63,646 nt of DNA, filler included, from Octopus bimaculoides (GCF_001194135.2; 6 parts of 6 records of this genome joined end to end with filler, not necessarily neighbours in it); one strand, 5' to 3'. Shown: positions 49,491-63,372, counted from the first letter of the whole stretch. Notes: generated from the letters alone by a model not told the origin. Made by a program: numbers and translations.

Positions 49491-49733
49491 GTTGTGATGT
49501 ACAGAAATTGAATATTGATAAAAAGATCGTCAGAATAATAATAATGAAGAAAAAAAATATTCCCAAAATTCTGACGAAATTTTACTCTAGTATTTCAATG
49601 ACACAGTATATTACGAATATCGATCCGAATTTCATTGTGCTTTTTTGTTGTATTGTAGATGGTTTTATTTATCTAGTTTAGTTTAATGACTGTTTCTATC
49701 TCTTTTTCAGATCGCAGTATAAATTAAGCTAAG

Positions 49734-50758
49734 ATGCGTGACGTCACTGAGTACGGAAAGGGCAAATTATTGGAGCTCGAACGGCATGAGCTTCCGTCAC
49801 CAGAACGGCTGAACTCCTTAGTTTTTCAAGAGCTACCATATCAAGGACCGTGACTGAATTTGAGAAGCAGGGCAAAACCTCCAACAGGAACGAGACCGAC
49901 GAGTGCTGAATCGGCTTGTGATGAAAAATTTCCGGACAACTGTCCCTAAAGTAACTGCAGAGTTGAATCAAAATCTTTCTAGCCGTGAGCTCAATTAAAG
50001 CAGATATCATGGAAGAGCTGCCATCGGGAAAGCTCTGTTTTCTCATCAAAACATTCGGAAAAGGCTGAATTGGTGTAGAGATCACAGAGGCTGGTCGACA
50101 GACCAATGGAAGCAAGCAATATTATCCGATGAGTCCAGTTTTTTCTCTTTAGCCCACTATAGATCAAGTCTATGTGTGGAGGGAGCCTGGAGAAGCTTTT
50201 AATCCTGACTGCCTTCTTCCTACAGTGAAGCACAAAGGAGGGTCTGTGATGGTTTAGGCAGCCATTTCTTGGAATTCTCTTGGTCTAATCGTTGCCCTGC
50301 ATAGTAGAATCAACAGCAATGATTATCTGAATATTTTGGAAAATCAAGTCCTTCCGATGGTCCAGTCATTATTCCCTGATTGTGAGTGCAGCTTCCAAGA
50401 AGACAAAGCTCCAATACACAACTCTCATGTGGTTAAGAATTGGTATGAAGAGCATAGTAGTGAGCGAGAACACATAGATTGTTCTCCACACCCTCCTTCA
50501 ATGTCCAGATATTAATATTATTGAGCATCTGTAGTGTATCTTGGAGCGACACGTTTGGATTCACTACCCTCCTGCAACAGCTAGAGCAGGTTTTGCAGGA
50601 AGAATGGCACACACGTTCTCTCAATGAAACCAGGAATTTGCATGAATCAATTCCTAGATGAAACGAAGCTGTTCAGAAAGCTAAAGGGGGACCAACTCCA
50701 TATTAAATAAATATTTATTGGATTTAACACGTGTTCCAATTATTTTATCCAACCCCTG
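49734..50758 (+). mobile_element. Tc1 transposase pseudogene with right TIR
   Basis: KGQIIGAR, WKQAILSDESSF, PTVKHKGGSVMV*AAISW, FQEDKAPIH, PDINIIEHL, GGPTPY*. Right end ...TTATTTTATCCAACCCCTG|TA; left TIR not identified. Confidence 0.92.
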
Positions 50759-53700
50759 TATGTTTTTGTGAAAGTTGTGACTCTCTCGAGACGCGATTCA
50801 TGCAGATGACTCAAATGCAAATAGAAACAAAATGTGAAAATTACGTTACGTAAAATTAATGCAAAACTGGAGCATGAATTACAGATTAACAACCATTTGA
50901 AATATGGGATACCATAGTTTTCTGATTATGTTGGTCGGACACCATATTGGTTTATGTGATAATGAAGCAAAGCTAAATGGCATCGCCTTTTCCTGCATAC
51001 CTTATTTCTGATTAAATATTGATTGATTTAATTCTTCTGACTTCATAGATATTATGTTATTGTTTCCTCACATCTGTTAACATATTAAAATATTAATGAT
51101 TTTCATACAGTAGCTTGGTCATCGTATAGTGAGAACTGTTTGATCTAGTGAATTAATTACAGTATAATGCTGATATTTATATTGCTGTTTTATTAGGATA
51201 AAAAAAAAGGAGAAAACAAACGTTTTCCTACCAAAAAGGAATAACTAAATGCCATGAAGCAGTTACAGTTCTTTGACATTTGCTGATGATTCTGACTTGT
51301 TATAAAAACCAAAATTTGTACTAAAAGACATAAACTTTTCACCCAAATCCGACGTATCACTAACAATCATCACCTCTATGCTGAAGTATGAAAAAACCTA
51401 GTCATCACTGAGAACAGTTCTATTTAGAAAGTGAACTAAATACGGAGAAACTATACAAATGTTTAACTACCGCAGCATACCTGACACCATATATCTTAGG
51501 CATATTTGAATTATTCATTTAACTAGGCAGCAGTGAAAGAATGGAAAGTTTGCGTTTATGTCAATGGACTCCATTGAAATGGTACTTATCGTCACTAAGG
51601 AAATTGAAAACAATGACATTGCTAGTGGAATCTAAATTAACGATTATAATACCTATACTATAAATGCAGTAAGGTAATTAATACTAGATTCAAACGTATT
51701 TTCTTACAACTAACACAATATAACCTATTATCTATAATGTGTTTCAAATTCTGAAATGTTGTTGCAAGTTATGCTTACTGAAACATGCACCTGTATACAC
51801 TGTCACTTCCTGCATTGTGTCCCCAAATCATTGCCGCTTTTATTGGAAGGATAATGAATTAATTAACTGAACTGTAAAGATTTGTAGAAGCTCATTTCAA
51901 ATTCAAAAACACTCCTTGAGGTTAAATAACGCCTTTATTCATAATACTACAAATTTATTTAGGTGTCGATATTTTTTTTACAACTTTTTTCTTTAGCATT
52001 TTCAGATAATTTTCACAATAAAAAAGGATGTATTAACTCAAAAACAAAAGGCAATTACACGATGAATAGCCCCAGGGCTTCAAGTAATATTCCTCTGTAG
52101 ATATTTTCTCCTACACTTTTTATTGATACCGATATTTTCTTGTGTGTCATTCAAGATGCATTTGTTGCTATATTCATGAGATTACTTTGTTTACTTCGTT
52201 TTTGTTAGGTTTTATATTTCTATGAATTTTTAATTGTTTTTCATCTTCAGATTTAGCGCCTCTATTTCCCCTATGATGATTTTCTCTCATCTCAATTTCT
52301 ACTAAATGTAATGTTGTTAACGACAGAACCCTTCTCCTCAAGCGTAATTCGTTTAGCTAGATATCAGATAAATCGGAAGAAATCTAGGTTTAGAAGAGAA
52401 CTATTGTATTGTGTTACACTGCCTACTTCGTGCATCTGCATCGGCTTGTTCTCCAATTCGTGTTTGTGTCTCAGAAATTATACAGCTTCAGTCTTGTATA
52501 TTCAGCATGGCTTCACGAGAGTATCATCATTAAAAGAATCATTTAATTGCATATTTTACATACTATCTCTTCCTCATTTTAGTTCAAATTAGGCTGATTA
52601 TCAGGAATAACCTTACAGGTATATTTTTTGTTACACTTGTGTACAAAACTCGTTTTCATTTCCAGCCTCGAACCGGTTACTAAAAAGATGAGATTAAAAT
52701 GATGGGAGCACAGCTATTCTATTACTTTGACATAAACAAAGAGAGAGCTGTATATCTTCCGAGCATGAGAATGAATTCTAGAAATTCATATTCGATTTCT
52801 TCAAGTTATCACTCCACTAGGTTTTATATTTTATCTGCATCTCAGCAAGAATTTTCAATAAATTAAGTATTTACTGTACGCAATATTGAATTAATCGCGC
52901 TTCAAATTAATTATTCAGGTAATGCCATTGAACCACCTGAGGTGCATACGAAACATTTTCCTCATTCTTTTTGCCTTTTAATTACGTAAATATCCTTTGC
53001 CAAAATATGCGTTAGAATCTTTTTTATATTTGTTGTTTTTGTTTTTGTCTCTTTTTGTTAACTATTATCCACGTGCAGAACACTGCTATAATTCAAGATG
53101 CTGAAATATACAGACAAATAGAAAGAATCGTCCGTCCGTAATTCTTCCCTGCCTCCCAACAATGGTCAGTTTTGCGTTTGGTTTTGTGTTTGCTTTTATT
53201 TTTTTAATACGAACAATCAAATGTCTTAAGATATTTATTCTTACTGTCTTGGGATGATACCATAATCATTTTATAGTGGGTAATAAACAATATATTTCCT
53301 GCTTTTTCCTCGCTGAAATTTCTATAAATTACGTATGTTACCATTTATCTGATAGGTATCATTGCTCGCACATTTTCACATTTACAAACGGACGCGTATG
53401 TATTTAGTTAGGTATGTATGTATGTATGGATGTATGTATGTATGTATATGACTATCTACACATATATCTGTATAAATAAATTCAAAAAGGGATAAAACTC
53501 TTTTACAGGAATTTTATCAAGAAGCCAGTGTGTAAAAAAATTCGTAAGGGAAATTTCTATTCTCAAAAATATAATTATTCGTTTATATTTATATAAAGGG
53601 CATTATTACAGAAAAATAACAACGCCACACAGTGGACTTCTCAAAATAACCACATTTAGTACCTAATGCGAGGAAAAACAACCAACAGAAGCCTACCTAC

Positions 53701-54113
53701 TTTCTTTTAAATAAACTTAACTGTGTTGTATATATACATAATGAAATACAATCAAGGGAACAAGAAATTATAACTAATGAACGTCATTATGTATCAGGTT
53801 CCAAACAAGCAAACAATTATGAATGCATTGCATCTTATAGTAGAAACAACTGAGAGCTAAGGATGCTCATTTATATAAATTCCTGTTACCTTGTCCTTTA
53901 TTTTATTTTATTTCTTATCACACACAGTAATAGGCTAATGCTTTATTCGGAAGCATACACATATTGAGTTATAGCATCAGGTCATTCGTATTGCAGCGCG
54001 AAAACAATATATANNNNNNNNNNNNNNNNNNNNNNNNNNNNNNNNNNNNNNNNNNNNTTAATTAATTAANNNNNNNNNNNNNNNNNNNNNNNNNNNNNNN
54101 NNNNNNNNNNNNN

Positions 54114-54161
<48 letters not shown>

Positions 54162-54576
54162 TGTGTGTGTCTATATATGAATATATATTAGTATACACAT
54201 ACACACACACATATATGTATATGTAAATATATATATATATATATATAATTCGAAGTAGAAAATATTTTTTATAAAATCAAAATTTCTTTTTGAAATTATT
54301 TCTGTCTGGAAAATTGTACATGACAGCTACTCCTGTATGTACTTGAGAGGTTTTGCACACATACACACACATACACACACATTATCTACCAGTCTGTGTC
54401 TGTCTGTCTGTCTGTCTCTATGTGTGTATATATGTGTGTGCGCTTGTGTTCATGCACAAATGGCTTACACAGCTTCCAGCTACTAATTTTACTAATCAGG
54501 TAATGGTCAGCTTGACACTATAGTACAGGACAACAATAACCATACCTACCATGCTGTGGAGCAAAACTTCTTAACA

Positions 54577-54621
<45 letters not shown>

Positions 54622-54767
54622 AAGTATTATTACTGACATAAACCTATTTCTCATATGTTCATTGCATTGCTTGTGTATATCTTTATTGTGAGTTTTATGG
54701 TGGTTTTTGGAACATTGGCTCTTATTTTAGTAAGTGGTATTATATACCCTATTGAATCTTAACTTAC

Positions 54768-54812
<45 letters not shown>

Positions 54813-55046
54813 AAGAAGGTTCAAGGATCCTTCCACATAGGACCAGTTTCCTGGATTCTCTGGTGTGTATACTCCCTGCCTGGATAGGATGCTAGTCCAG
54901 TGCAGAATTACTCACCTTTGTCAACTGAGTAGAGCAATATAAGATGGAAATGTTTTGCTTAAGAACATAAAGTGTCTCCCACTACAGGAATGAAAACCAC
55001 AAACTTACGATCATGAATGCAACATCTTAGCCACTATCATCATCAC

Positions 55047-55079
<33 letters not shown>

Positions 55080-55870
55080 TAACATCTTCATCATCATTAT
55101 TTAACGTCCATTGTCCCCGCTGATACAGGTTGAACTGCTTGACCAGAGCTGGCAAGCCAGAGAGCTGCACCAGGCACCAACTGTCTGTTTTAGCATGGTT
55201 TCTACAGCTGGATGCCCTTCCTATTGCCTACCGCTTTGCAGAGTGTGTTGGGTGCTTTCATGGAGTACCACATGAGTATTTTTACATAGCACTGGCACAA
55301 CTGCTTTTTACATGGCACTGACATGAAACTCTTGCAGGCAATCGTCTTCACCAGAAGAAGCAGCTAGGATAAGAAGTTTGCTTTTCAGCCACATGGTTCT
55401 AGATTCTGTCCCACTGCTTGGCCCCATAGGCAAGGGTCTTCTATTATACTCCTAGGCCAACAAAAGCTTAGTGAGTGGTCTTGGTTGACAAGAACTGAAA
55501 GGAACCTGTCAGTGTGTGTCTTTGTGTCAGTGTTTGTCCCCTAATACCACCTGACAACTGGTATTTATGTCCCCATAACTTAGCATTTCAGCAAAAGAGA
55601 CCAATAGAATAAATACCAGGCTTAAAAGAAGAAAGTACTGGGTCAATTTATTCAGCTAAAATTCTTCAAAAAGGTGCCTCGGCATGGACGCAGTCTAATG
55701 ACTGAAACAAGTAATAGATTAAAGATTTAAAGATGCAGAAAGATAGAAACAGTTTGAGGAGAAAAAGTGGGAGAAAGAGGGTGGGAGAGAAAGAGAGAAA
55801 ATGAGAGAGAGATTCAGGCGTGGAAAAAATGTAACTATGCATAGCCTGTTTCTACAACTTAGCTTCTGTA

Positions 55871-56145
55871 TGTTGCGTATGTGGCAAAAACTTGTGTTGC
55901 CCATCTGTTGTGTATGTGGCAAATATTTTATTGTCCACTTGATGTGTATGTAGAAAAAAATTTATTGCCCATCTGTTGTGTATGTGCCAAATATTTTATT
56001 GCCCATCTGTTGTGTATGTGGCAAAAATTTTATTGTCCATCTGTTGTGTATGCGGCAAAAACTTTATTGCCCATCTATTGTGTATGTGGCAAAAACTAGT
56101 GTTCCTCATCTGTTGTGTATGTGGTAAAAACTCGTGTTGCTCATC
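55871..56145. repeat. Minisatellite, 8 copies of a 34-35 bp unit
   Basis: Unit TGTTGTGTATGTGGCAAAAATTTTATTGCCCATC, contiguous with no spacers. Confidence 0.92.
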
Positions 56146-58264
56146 TGTTCTACCCCAACTTTCAAAAGTGATGAAGGTAGATCACATAAAACTAATGCTG
56201 ATGATTAACGATGTTTTGAAATTATGAAATATTTCACTTTAAACAAAATCCTTCATGTTTAGTCAAAATTTTCTTTCTCTTTTGTTGCCTTTTTTTTAGT
56301 TTTGCTTGTCTTATCTTATTTGCATTTTATATTTTGCTTTGATTGCATTTGATTTAAAGTTATTCCTATTCTACTTTACAAATTTACAATTGACTAGATG
56401 CATAAATGTCATGGATGAGTAAACTTAGGTTAGGCTACAGAGTTTGCCAAAACAAACAAGCAACATTAAGAAAAACAACAACAACAGCAACAAAATATAA
56501 GAATAGCAACAAATCAGTTGAAATAATTTGACAGTAATTAATTCCCTAAACAAAAGATTATGCGTACGATTATCATAAACTAGTCTTACAAAGAGTTTTT
56601 TGAGCAACAGCATCAATAGTAATTCAGTCGAAATACCAACCACATGGTTCGGGGTTTAGTCTCACTGTGTGAAACCTTGGGCAAGTGTCTTCTACTGTAG
56701 CCTGGGGCCAATTTAAGTCTTGTGAGTGGATTTGTTAGATGGAAACTGAAAGAAGCCTGTTGTATATANNNNNNNNNNNNNNNNNNNNNNNNNNNNNNNN
56801 NNNNNNNNNNNNNNNNNNNNNNNNNNNNNNNNNNNNNNNNNNNNNNNNNNNNNNNNNNNNNNNNNNNNNNNNNNNNNNNNNNNNNNNNNNNNNNNNNNNN
56901 NNNNNNNNNNNNNNNNNNNNNNNNNNNNNNNNNNNNNNNNNNNNNNNNNNNNNNNNNNNNNNNNNNNNNNNNNTATGTATATATATATATATACATAAAG
57001 GGCAGCAAGCTAGCAGAATCGTTAGGATGAATATCGTTAAGAAAATACGAAGGCAAGTTAGTGTTGACTGCACTGCAACATTTATTTCTGACACAAGGCT
57101 TCCATGCCGGTGGCACGTAAAAAACACCATTTTGAGCATGGCTGTTGCTAGTACCGTGTAACTGGCCCTTGTGCCGGTGGCACGTAAAAGCACCCAATGC
57201 ACTCTCGGAGTGGTTGGCATTAGGAAGGGCATCCAGCTGTAGAAACTCTGCCAAATCAGATTGGAGCCTGGTGCAGCCATCTGGTTCACCAGTCCTCAGT
57301 CAAATCATCCAGCCCATGCTAGCATGGAAAGCGGATGTTAAACGATGATGACGATGATGATGACTAAAGTGAAAAACATCAACAGGCATAACAAGTAGAA
57401 CTCTCTTAAAGACATTACCTGGTTTCAAAATGTCTCTTAAAGTTGAAGATAGATGTTGGATAAAATGCAAAACATGGCGTTTAAGATTTTGGTTACAAAC
57501 CTCTCTTGTCTGAAACTGCTAAACAGTATAAACTGCTTTCAAGATGAAAGCTTGCTTATAACAAAACTCACCTCCCTAAGGAAATAGCTGGAGAAAAGGG
57601 TCCCTTAATTAGCTGATATTGCAATGCTTGGCTAGTCTGTCATGTTAAAGGGTGGGCAGTCCATGCAAAGCTAAATGGACTTGACCATAATGTGATGGAT
57701 AAAAATGGGCATCTAAAAGTGAAGAGGTACAATGTGGATAGCTAAAAGTAAAGAGTGAACATGCTTCTGCTACAGTTATATTGACACTATAGTATTTGAC
57801 TGGCACCTTATGTTATCAAGCTGAGAATATTGAAAAGTTGATAAGGATAGGATCTGAACTCACAATGTGTAAAATACAATTACTAAGATACAATTTGGTT
57901 CTTTCTTTAACACTTTAAATAGCAATGAACTTGTTGTACACAGCGCTCAGGTGCACTACATCTCATCATCGGAAAAAAGTAACGAAAACTGCATGAAGAG
58001 TGCACAGAATAATGCACAGGAAGAAGAAGAAATGGGGGTGGGGTGCATCAGGTGTACTGTTGGCGAATTTCAGGAAGCATGGAAGTTTTGAAAGGATGTA
58101 GTGTCTCAAGATCTAACAAATGATGGAGGTAATTTATTCCATGCTTCAGTAATTCTGAGTGTGGGAAAAACTGATTTACCAATTCATTTGTATTTGTTGT
58201 TACACTAATTTTAATTGCTGCATTAAAGCATTATCAAATATGGAGAAGAGCAACAGCAATGGCA

Positions 58265-58318
58265 AATGCTAGTAGTAGTAGTAGTAGTAGTAGCAGTAGT
58301 AATAGTAATAGTAGTAGA

Positions 58319-58356
<38 letters not shown>

Positions 58357-58491
58357 CGTGGTGGTGGTGGTGGTGGTGGTAGCAGTAGCAGTAGTAGTAG
58401 TATTGGTGGTGGTGGTGCTGGTAGTAGTAGTAGTAGTAGTAGTAGTAGTAATAGCAGCAGCAGCAGTAGTAATAGTAGTAGTGGTAGTATT

Positions 58492-58522
<31 letters not shown>

Positions 58523-58550
58523 GTAGTAGTAGTAGTAGTAGTAGTAGTAA
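58265..58550. repeat. Compound (AGT)n/(GGT)n/(ATT)n microsatellite
   Basis: Direct reading. Confidence 0.9.
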
Positions 58551-59322
58551 CAGACGTCGTTAATCACCAGCTGTGATCGTCAGTGTTGAAAAAGAATTGC
58601 ACTGCTCAGAAGTGCATAGCTCAATACATTGGCTGCACAGTGCAGACACAGTGCAGATACAGTGCAAATACAGTAAAGAAACTGTTGAAATGAAAAGGTA
58701 CAGAGAAATGCGTTGCCCTGGTGTAGTGCTTTGATACAGATATAAAATGTCAGAGGGAGAAAGAAAGAGCTGGGAAAAATACAGGGGGAGAGCAAGAGAA
58801 AGAGAGAGACAGATAGAGAGGGAGGGAGTGAGAGACAGAGAGAGAGAAGGGGAGAAATAGAGAGAGAGAGAGGATACACAGGCAGGGATTCAGAGAAAGT
58901 GAGTGATATTTATGGATATCAACCAATAGAGAATTACATTGAAATAGCACTTATTGATTTTCTATTGACTTTTTCTACGTTCTTCAAACTGCAGGAGAAT
59001 GATCAGAAAAATATGGCATGGGTTTTTCGCTGTTGCTATCGCTGCAGTTGTGTAGTTTGGCTGATAGTAATGATAATGATAATAATGATAATAATGAATG
59101 GTTTACATGTTGCTGATTGTTGTCGTGTTTGGGTATGGAGATGTGTGAGAAGTTGGAAGGTTGGATTTAAGCAATTGTTGACAGAGGTGATGGTCTTATG
59201 ATTATACATATATACATACATGCATAATAAAATAAATGATATATATATATATGCATATATGTATATATATATAAGCAATGTTAATTCTCTAAATGAAGTA
59301 TTAACAGTAACTGCACGATAAA

Positions 59323-59510
59323 GTGTAGTATATTGCCACTTAAGTGTGGCTGACCCCTAGGGGTGGATGTTACTGTTGCTTTTAGCCCCAGGAGGACATC
59401 TCCTCCAGCTGGCTTATCGACACACTACTGTGTCCTGTTTGCCAAGGGAAGTTATCCCTCTCATCGTGACCCCTAGGGGTCAGCCACACTTAAGTGGCAA
59501 TATACTTCAC
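59323..59510. mobile_element. Small foldback MITE with a 36-bp perfect TIR core
   Basis: AGTATATTGCCACTTAAGTGTGGCTGACCCCTAGGG (59327) and its exact reverse complement ending at 59506. Confidence 0.85.
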
Positions 59511-59930
59511 TATATATANNNNNNNNNNNNNNNNNNNNNNNNNNNNNNNNNNNNNNNNNNNNNNNNNNNNNNNNNNNNNNNNNNNNNNNNNNNNNNNNNN
59601 NNNNNNNNNNNNNNNNNNNNNNNNNNNNNNNNNNNNNNNNNNNNNNNNNNNNNNNNNNNNNNNNNNNNNNNNNNNNNNNNNNNNNNNNNNNNNNNNNNNN
59701 NNNNNNNNNNNNNNNNNNNNNNNNNNNNNNNNNNNNNNNNNNNNNNNNNNNNNNNNNNNNNNNNNNNNNNNNNNNNNNNNNNNNNNNNNNNNNNNNNNNN
59801 NNNNNNNNNNNNNNNNNNNNNNNNNNNNNNNNNNNNNNNNNNNNNNNNNNNNNNNNNNNNNNNNNNNNNNNNNNNNNNNNNNNNNNNNNNNNNNNNNNNN
59901 NNNNNNNNNNNNNNNNNNNNNNNNNNNNNN

Positions 59931-59999
<69 letters not shown>

Positions 60000-60572
60000 G
60001 ATAGATATAGATATATAAATACATATATATATACATATGGGTACAGGACATCACCAACAGTAAACAACATGAAAGACGAAAACAAATGAGTTCAATATGC
60101 AAGCAATGGGAGAACAAAATGGAAAACAAGACAAGTAACACAAAGAACGACCCTTCATTAATGGTTGGCTATCTATTTACTTCCCATTTCGAGCATTGAA
60201 CGACAGTATGAGCCTTTGAAGACAGTTGCCCCCATAAAAACCAAAACAAAATTTTGAATTTATGGAGGGTCAAAGTTGGAAACAAAAACAGGACAGTGGA
60301 GACATACAAAGAAACCGAACGAAAATAATCATGGAGGCTCGTTAGATCAGAACGAGGGTAAAATAGCGAACGCTGGAGAAATATTTTCTTTGAAAAAAGA
60401 AAAGATAGAAGAGAGAGATAAAATACATCCAATCCTTAGGACAGTCCTGAAGGAAAAGAAAGTTGATCATGTGAAGAAAAGAAAGATGGTCAATGGTCAC
60501 ATGTGAGCAATGAGAGAGAGAAAAGGAGAACATACATATATACATACATACATACATAAATACATACATATA

Positions 60573-60804
60573 CAGGGTGGCCCAAAAGTAGGTTTACAGT
60601 TATTCAACTATCTCTTTCGCATTCATATATTAACAGTTTAGATCTTAATTATAAAAGAATATGAAATCATTATTCTATGCTAATTTAGTTACTTTTGTTA
60701 AGCTCCCTTTTCAGTTTGTAAGATAGAAATTTAAATGTAATAAAATGTTTTAAAAAAAATTTAAAGTGCCTACATGATAACTGTAAACCTACTTTTGGGC
60801 CACC

Positions 60805-60807
<3 letters not shown>
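60573..60807. mobile_element. Young Tc1/mariner-type MITE
   Basis: 31-bp perfect TIRs CAGGGTGGCCCAAAAGTAGGTTTACAGTTAT with TA flanks; inserted in (TA/TACA)n. Confidence 0.93.
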
Positions 60808-60840
<33 letters not shown>

Positions 60841-61589
60841 TCCATTCCGTAACTCTTGTATATATATATATACATACATACATATATACATACACACACA
60901 CACACACACACACATGCACAAACACTTATATAAATATATAAGTATATATATTTAAGTGTATATATGTTTATTTCAGCCATTAGACTGCAGCCATGGTGGT
61001 ACAACACCTGGATGCGCTCAAAGCATGACAGTTTTCCATTCAAGTTTCAGCTATATCTTCATATATATATATGTATATATTTGTGTGTATGTGTGTGTAT
61101 GTGAGTGCATGTGTGTGTATGTGTGTGTGTGTGTATGTGAGTGCATGTATGTGTATGTGTGTGTGTGTATACACACATATATATAAGATAGTTAGCTAGC
61201 TAGCTTGATAGATAGATAGATATACATGTATATACCAAGATATATCTACACATAAATAATGTGTTGGTGTTTATCAAGTGAAACATTTAACTCATCGGCA
61301 TTGAGTCATTGTATCTGCATGAGGTGTATGGCAAAATCATAAAACGAAATGATATGGTATCGAGATAATACAACAAATGATAAATGTCTTGTTGCCGGTT
61401 TAGATTTAAATACATAGCCATATAAACTGATGAGGTAACAGAAATAAGTAGATATTTATACAGATCAATAGAGAGATAGAGAAATATAGAGATGGGCAGA
61501 TACATAGATTGTTGGATGGATGAATAGAAGGACAGATTGATCAATGGAGAGGAAGTTGAAGAGAAAGACAGGTGGCTAAATAGATAGAT

Positions 61590-61773
61590 AGCTTTATCCA
61601 TCTATTTATCTATCTATCTATCTATCTATCTACAAGCTATCTATCTCTCTCTTTATCTATCTATCTATCTCTATCTCTCTATCTATCTATCTATCTATCT
61701 ATAAGCTATCTATCTATAAGCTATCTATCTCTCTCTCTCTGTCTATCTATCAATCTATCTACAAGCTACCTAC

Positions 61774-61808
<35 letters not shown>

Positions 61809-62045
61809 CAAGCTATCTCTCTCTCTATCTCTCTCTTTATCTATCTATCTCTCTATCTCTCTATCTATCTATCTATCTATAAGCTATCTACCTATCTATA
61901 AGCTATCTATCTCTCTCTCTCTCTGTCTATCTATCTATCTATCTATAAGCTTCTCTATCTATCTATAAGCTATCTATCTCTCTCTCTCTGTGTCTATCTA
62001 TCAATCTATCTACAAGCTATCTATCTATCTATCTATCTATCTATC
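61590..62045. repeat. (TCTA)n/(TC)n field punctuated by AAGC
   Basis: Higher-order repetition of CTAT/CTAC-AAGC-TATC within TCTA. Confidence 0.85.
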
Positions 62046-62656
62046 ATCATGGACGGACGGTAGACACATCGGCTCCCATGTAAGTTGCATTTTTCACCTC
62101 TTAAAAGACCTATTTTGTTTTAAAATTTTGTATAAGTTGTGTATAACACAAAATACTTCGTGAACATATATTTTTCAAATCGGAAATAGCTCTATTTAGA
62201 GCCTTATTTCCAAAAATTCAAACATATCTTCCTCGTTCCTAGCCATATTCTTTAAAACGAATATGGCTAAGGTTTTCAACGAGGCCGACTTCCCGCTCCT
62301 AATGCCNNNNNNNNNNNNNNNNNNNNNNNNNNNNNNNNNNNNNNNNNNNNTTAATTAATTAANNNNNNNNNNNNNNNNNNNNNNNNNNNNNNNNNNNNNN
62401 NNNNNNAGTGCCAATGCACGAAACTCTCAGCTTTTGACTTACTCTCTAACTTCTGCTGATAATATATATGCATATTACATATATGTGTAAAAATAAAAAT
62501 CTCATTATACAATCGAACCAATGAAAGAGCCTCTACCTGGTTGCTCGACACGCTAAAAATAGCAGCCAAAGTATCCCCCTACATAAATTACATGCTCATT
62601 GTACGTAATGTCCTAGATTATCCCTAAAAAGACGGTTTACTGAAGGCTGGAATGTC

Positions 62657-63372
62657 TTTGATGATAGGTTTGCTGTACCAGAGTTGATGTGAAGCTAAAT
62701 AACAACATTATGGTAAATTTCTATATTAACACCTGCACGATTTTCACTAAGAAGAAAAACAAAAAATGCAATTTTTGCGTGGTATCAAGTACCCTGACCT
62801 CCTAATATGCTGCAAATCCCTTATTTTGGTTCGGGAAAAATGGGGATGGGGCGAGGGGGGACCCGCCCACCAATCCCGGAATCATTGGAATTTTTTCTGT
62901 TGAATGAATTCCTGTGATCGCCTAATATTTTACAAAACCCGTTTAGGGGTCCGAAAAACGGGGTGGGGTGAGGTGGAAACCTTTCTTTTACCTGAGTGAA
63001 AATCGTGCAGATGAAAAGATCAACGGGGGTGGGGTGAAATTTCCCAGGCCTCCACCACACCCCACCCCGTTTATCGGACCCCAAAAAGGGTTTTGTAGCA
63101 TATTAGGAGATCACAGGAATTCAGTCAACGAAAAAACTTTCCAATGATTCTGGGATGGATGGGGGTCCTTCTCACCCACCTCCATTTTTTCCAAATCAAA
63201 ATAAGGGATTGGCAGCCTATTATGAGGTCAGGGTACTTGATTCCACGCAAAAAATGCAAGTCTTTTTTTTTTTTCATAGCGAAAATCGTGCGGGTGTTAA
63301 TATAGAAATTTACCATAATTTTGCTGTTATTTCGCCTCAAATCAACCCTGATACAATAAACCTATCATCAAA
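62657..63372. repeat. About 715-bp imperfect palindrome (foldback)
   Basis: Arms 62657-62982 and 63046-63372 are reverse complements along their whole length (e.g. TTATGGTAAATTTCTATATTAACACC, ATCAAGTACCCTGACCTC, GAATTCCTGTGATC), with a 63-nt spacer. Confidence 0.9.

Noticed and set aside
51280-51385. TGATGA...CTGA as a possible C/D snoRNA
   Set aside because: No terminal stem or recognisable rRNA-complementary guide, and no host gene established.
55881-56227. CVCGKNFIAH-like ORFs suggesting C2H2 zinc fingers or a CRISPR array
   Set aside because: The unit is 34-35 bp (not a multiple of 3), there is no CX2CX12HX3H spacing or TGEKP linker, and there are no unique spacers.
58995-59055. Good acceptor followed by RMIRKIWHGFFAVAIAAVV* (possible terminal or signal-like exon)
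   Set aside because: Short, no partner exons and no recognisable homology; it does not resemble the Nup43 C-terminus.
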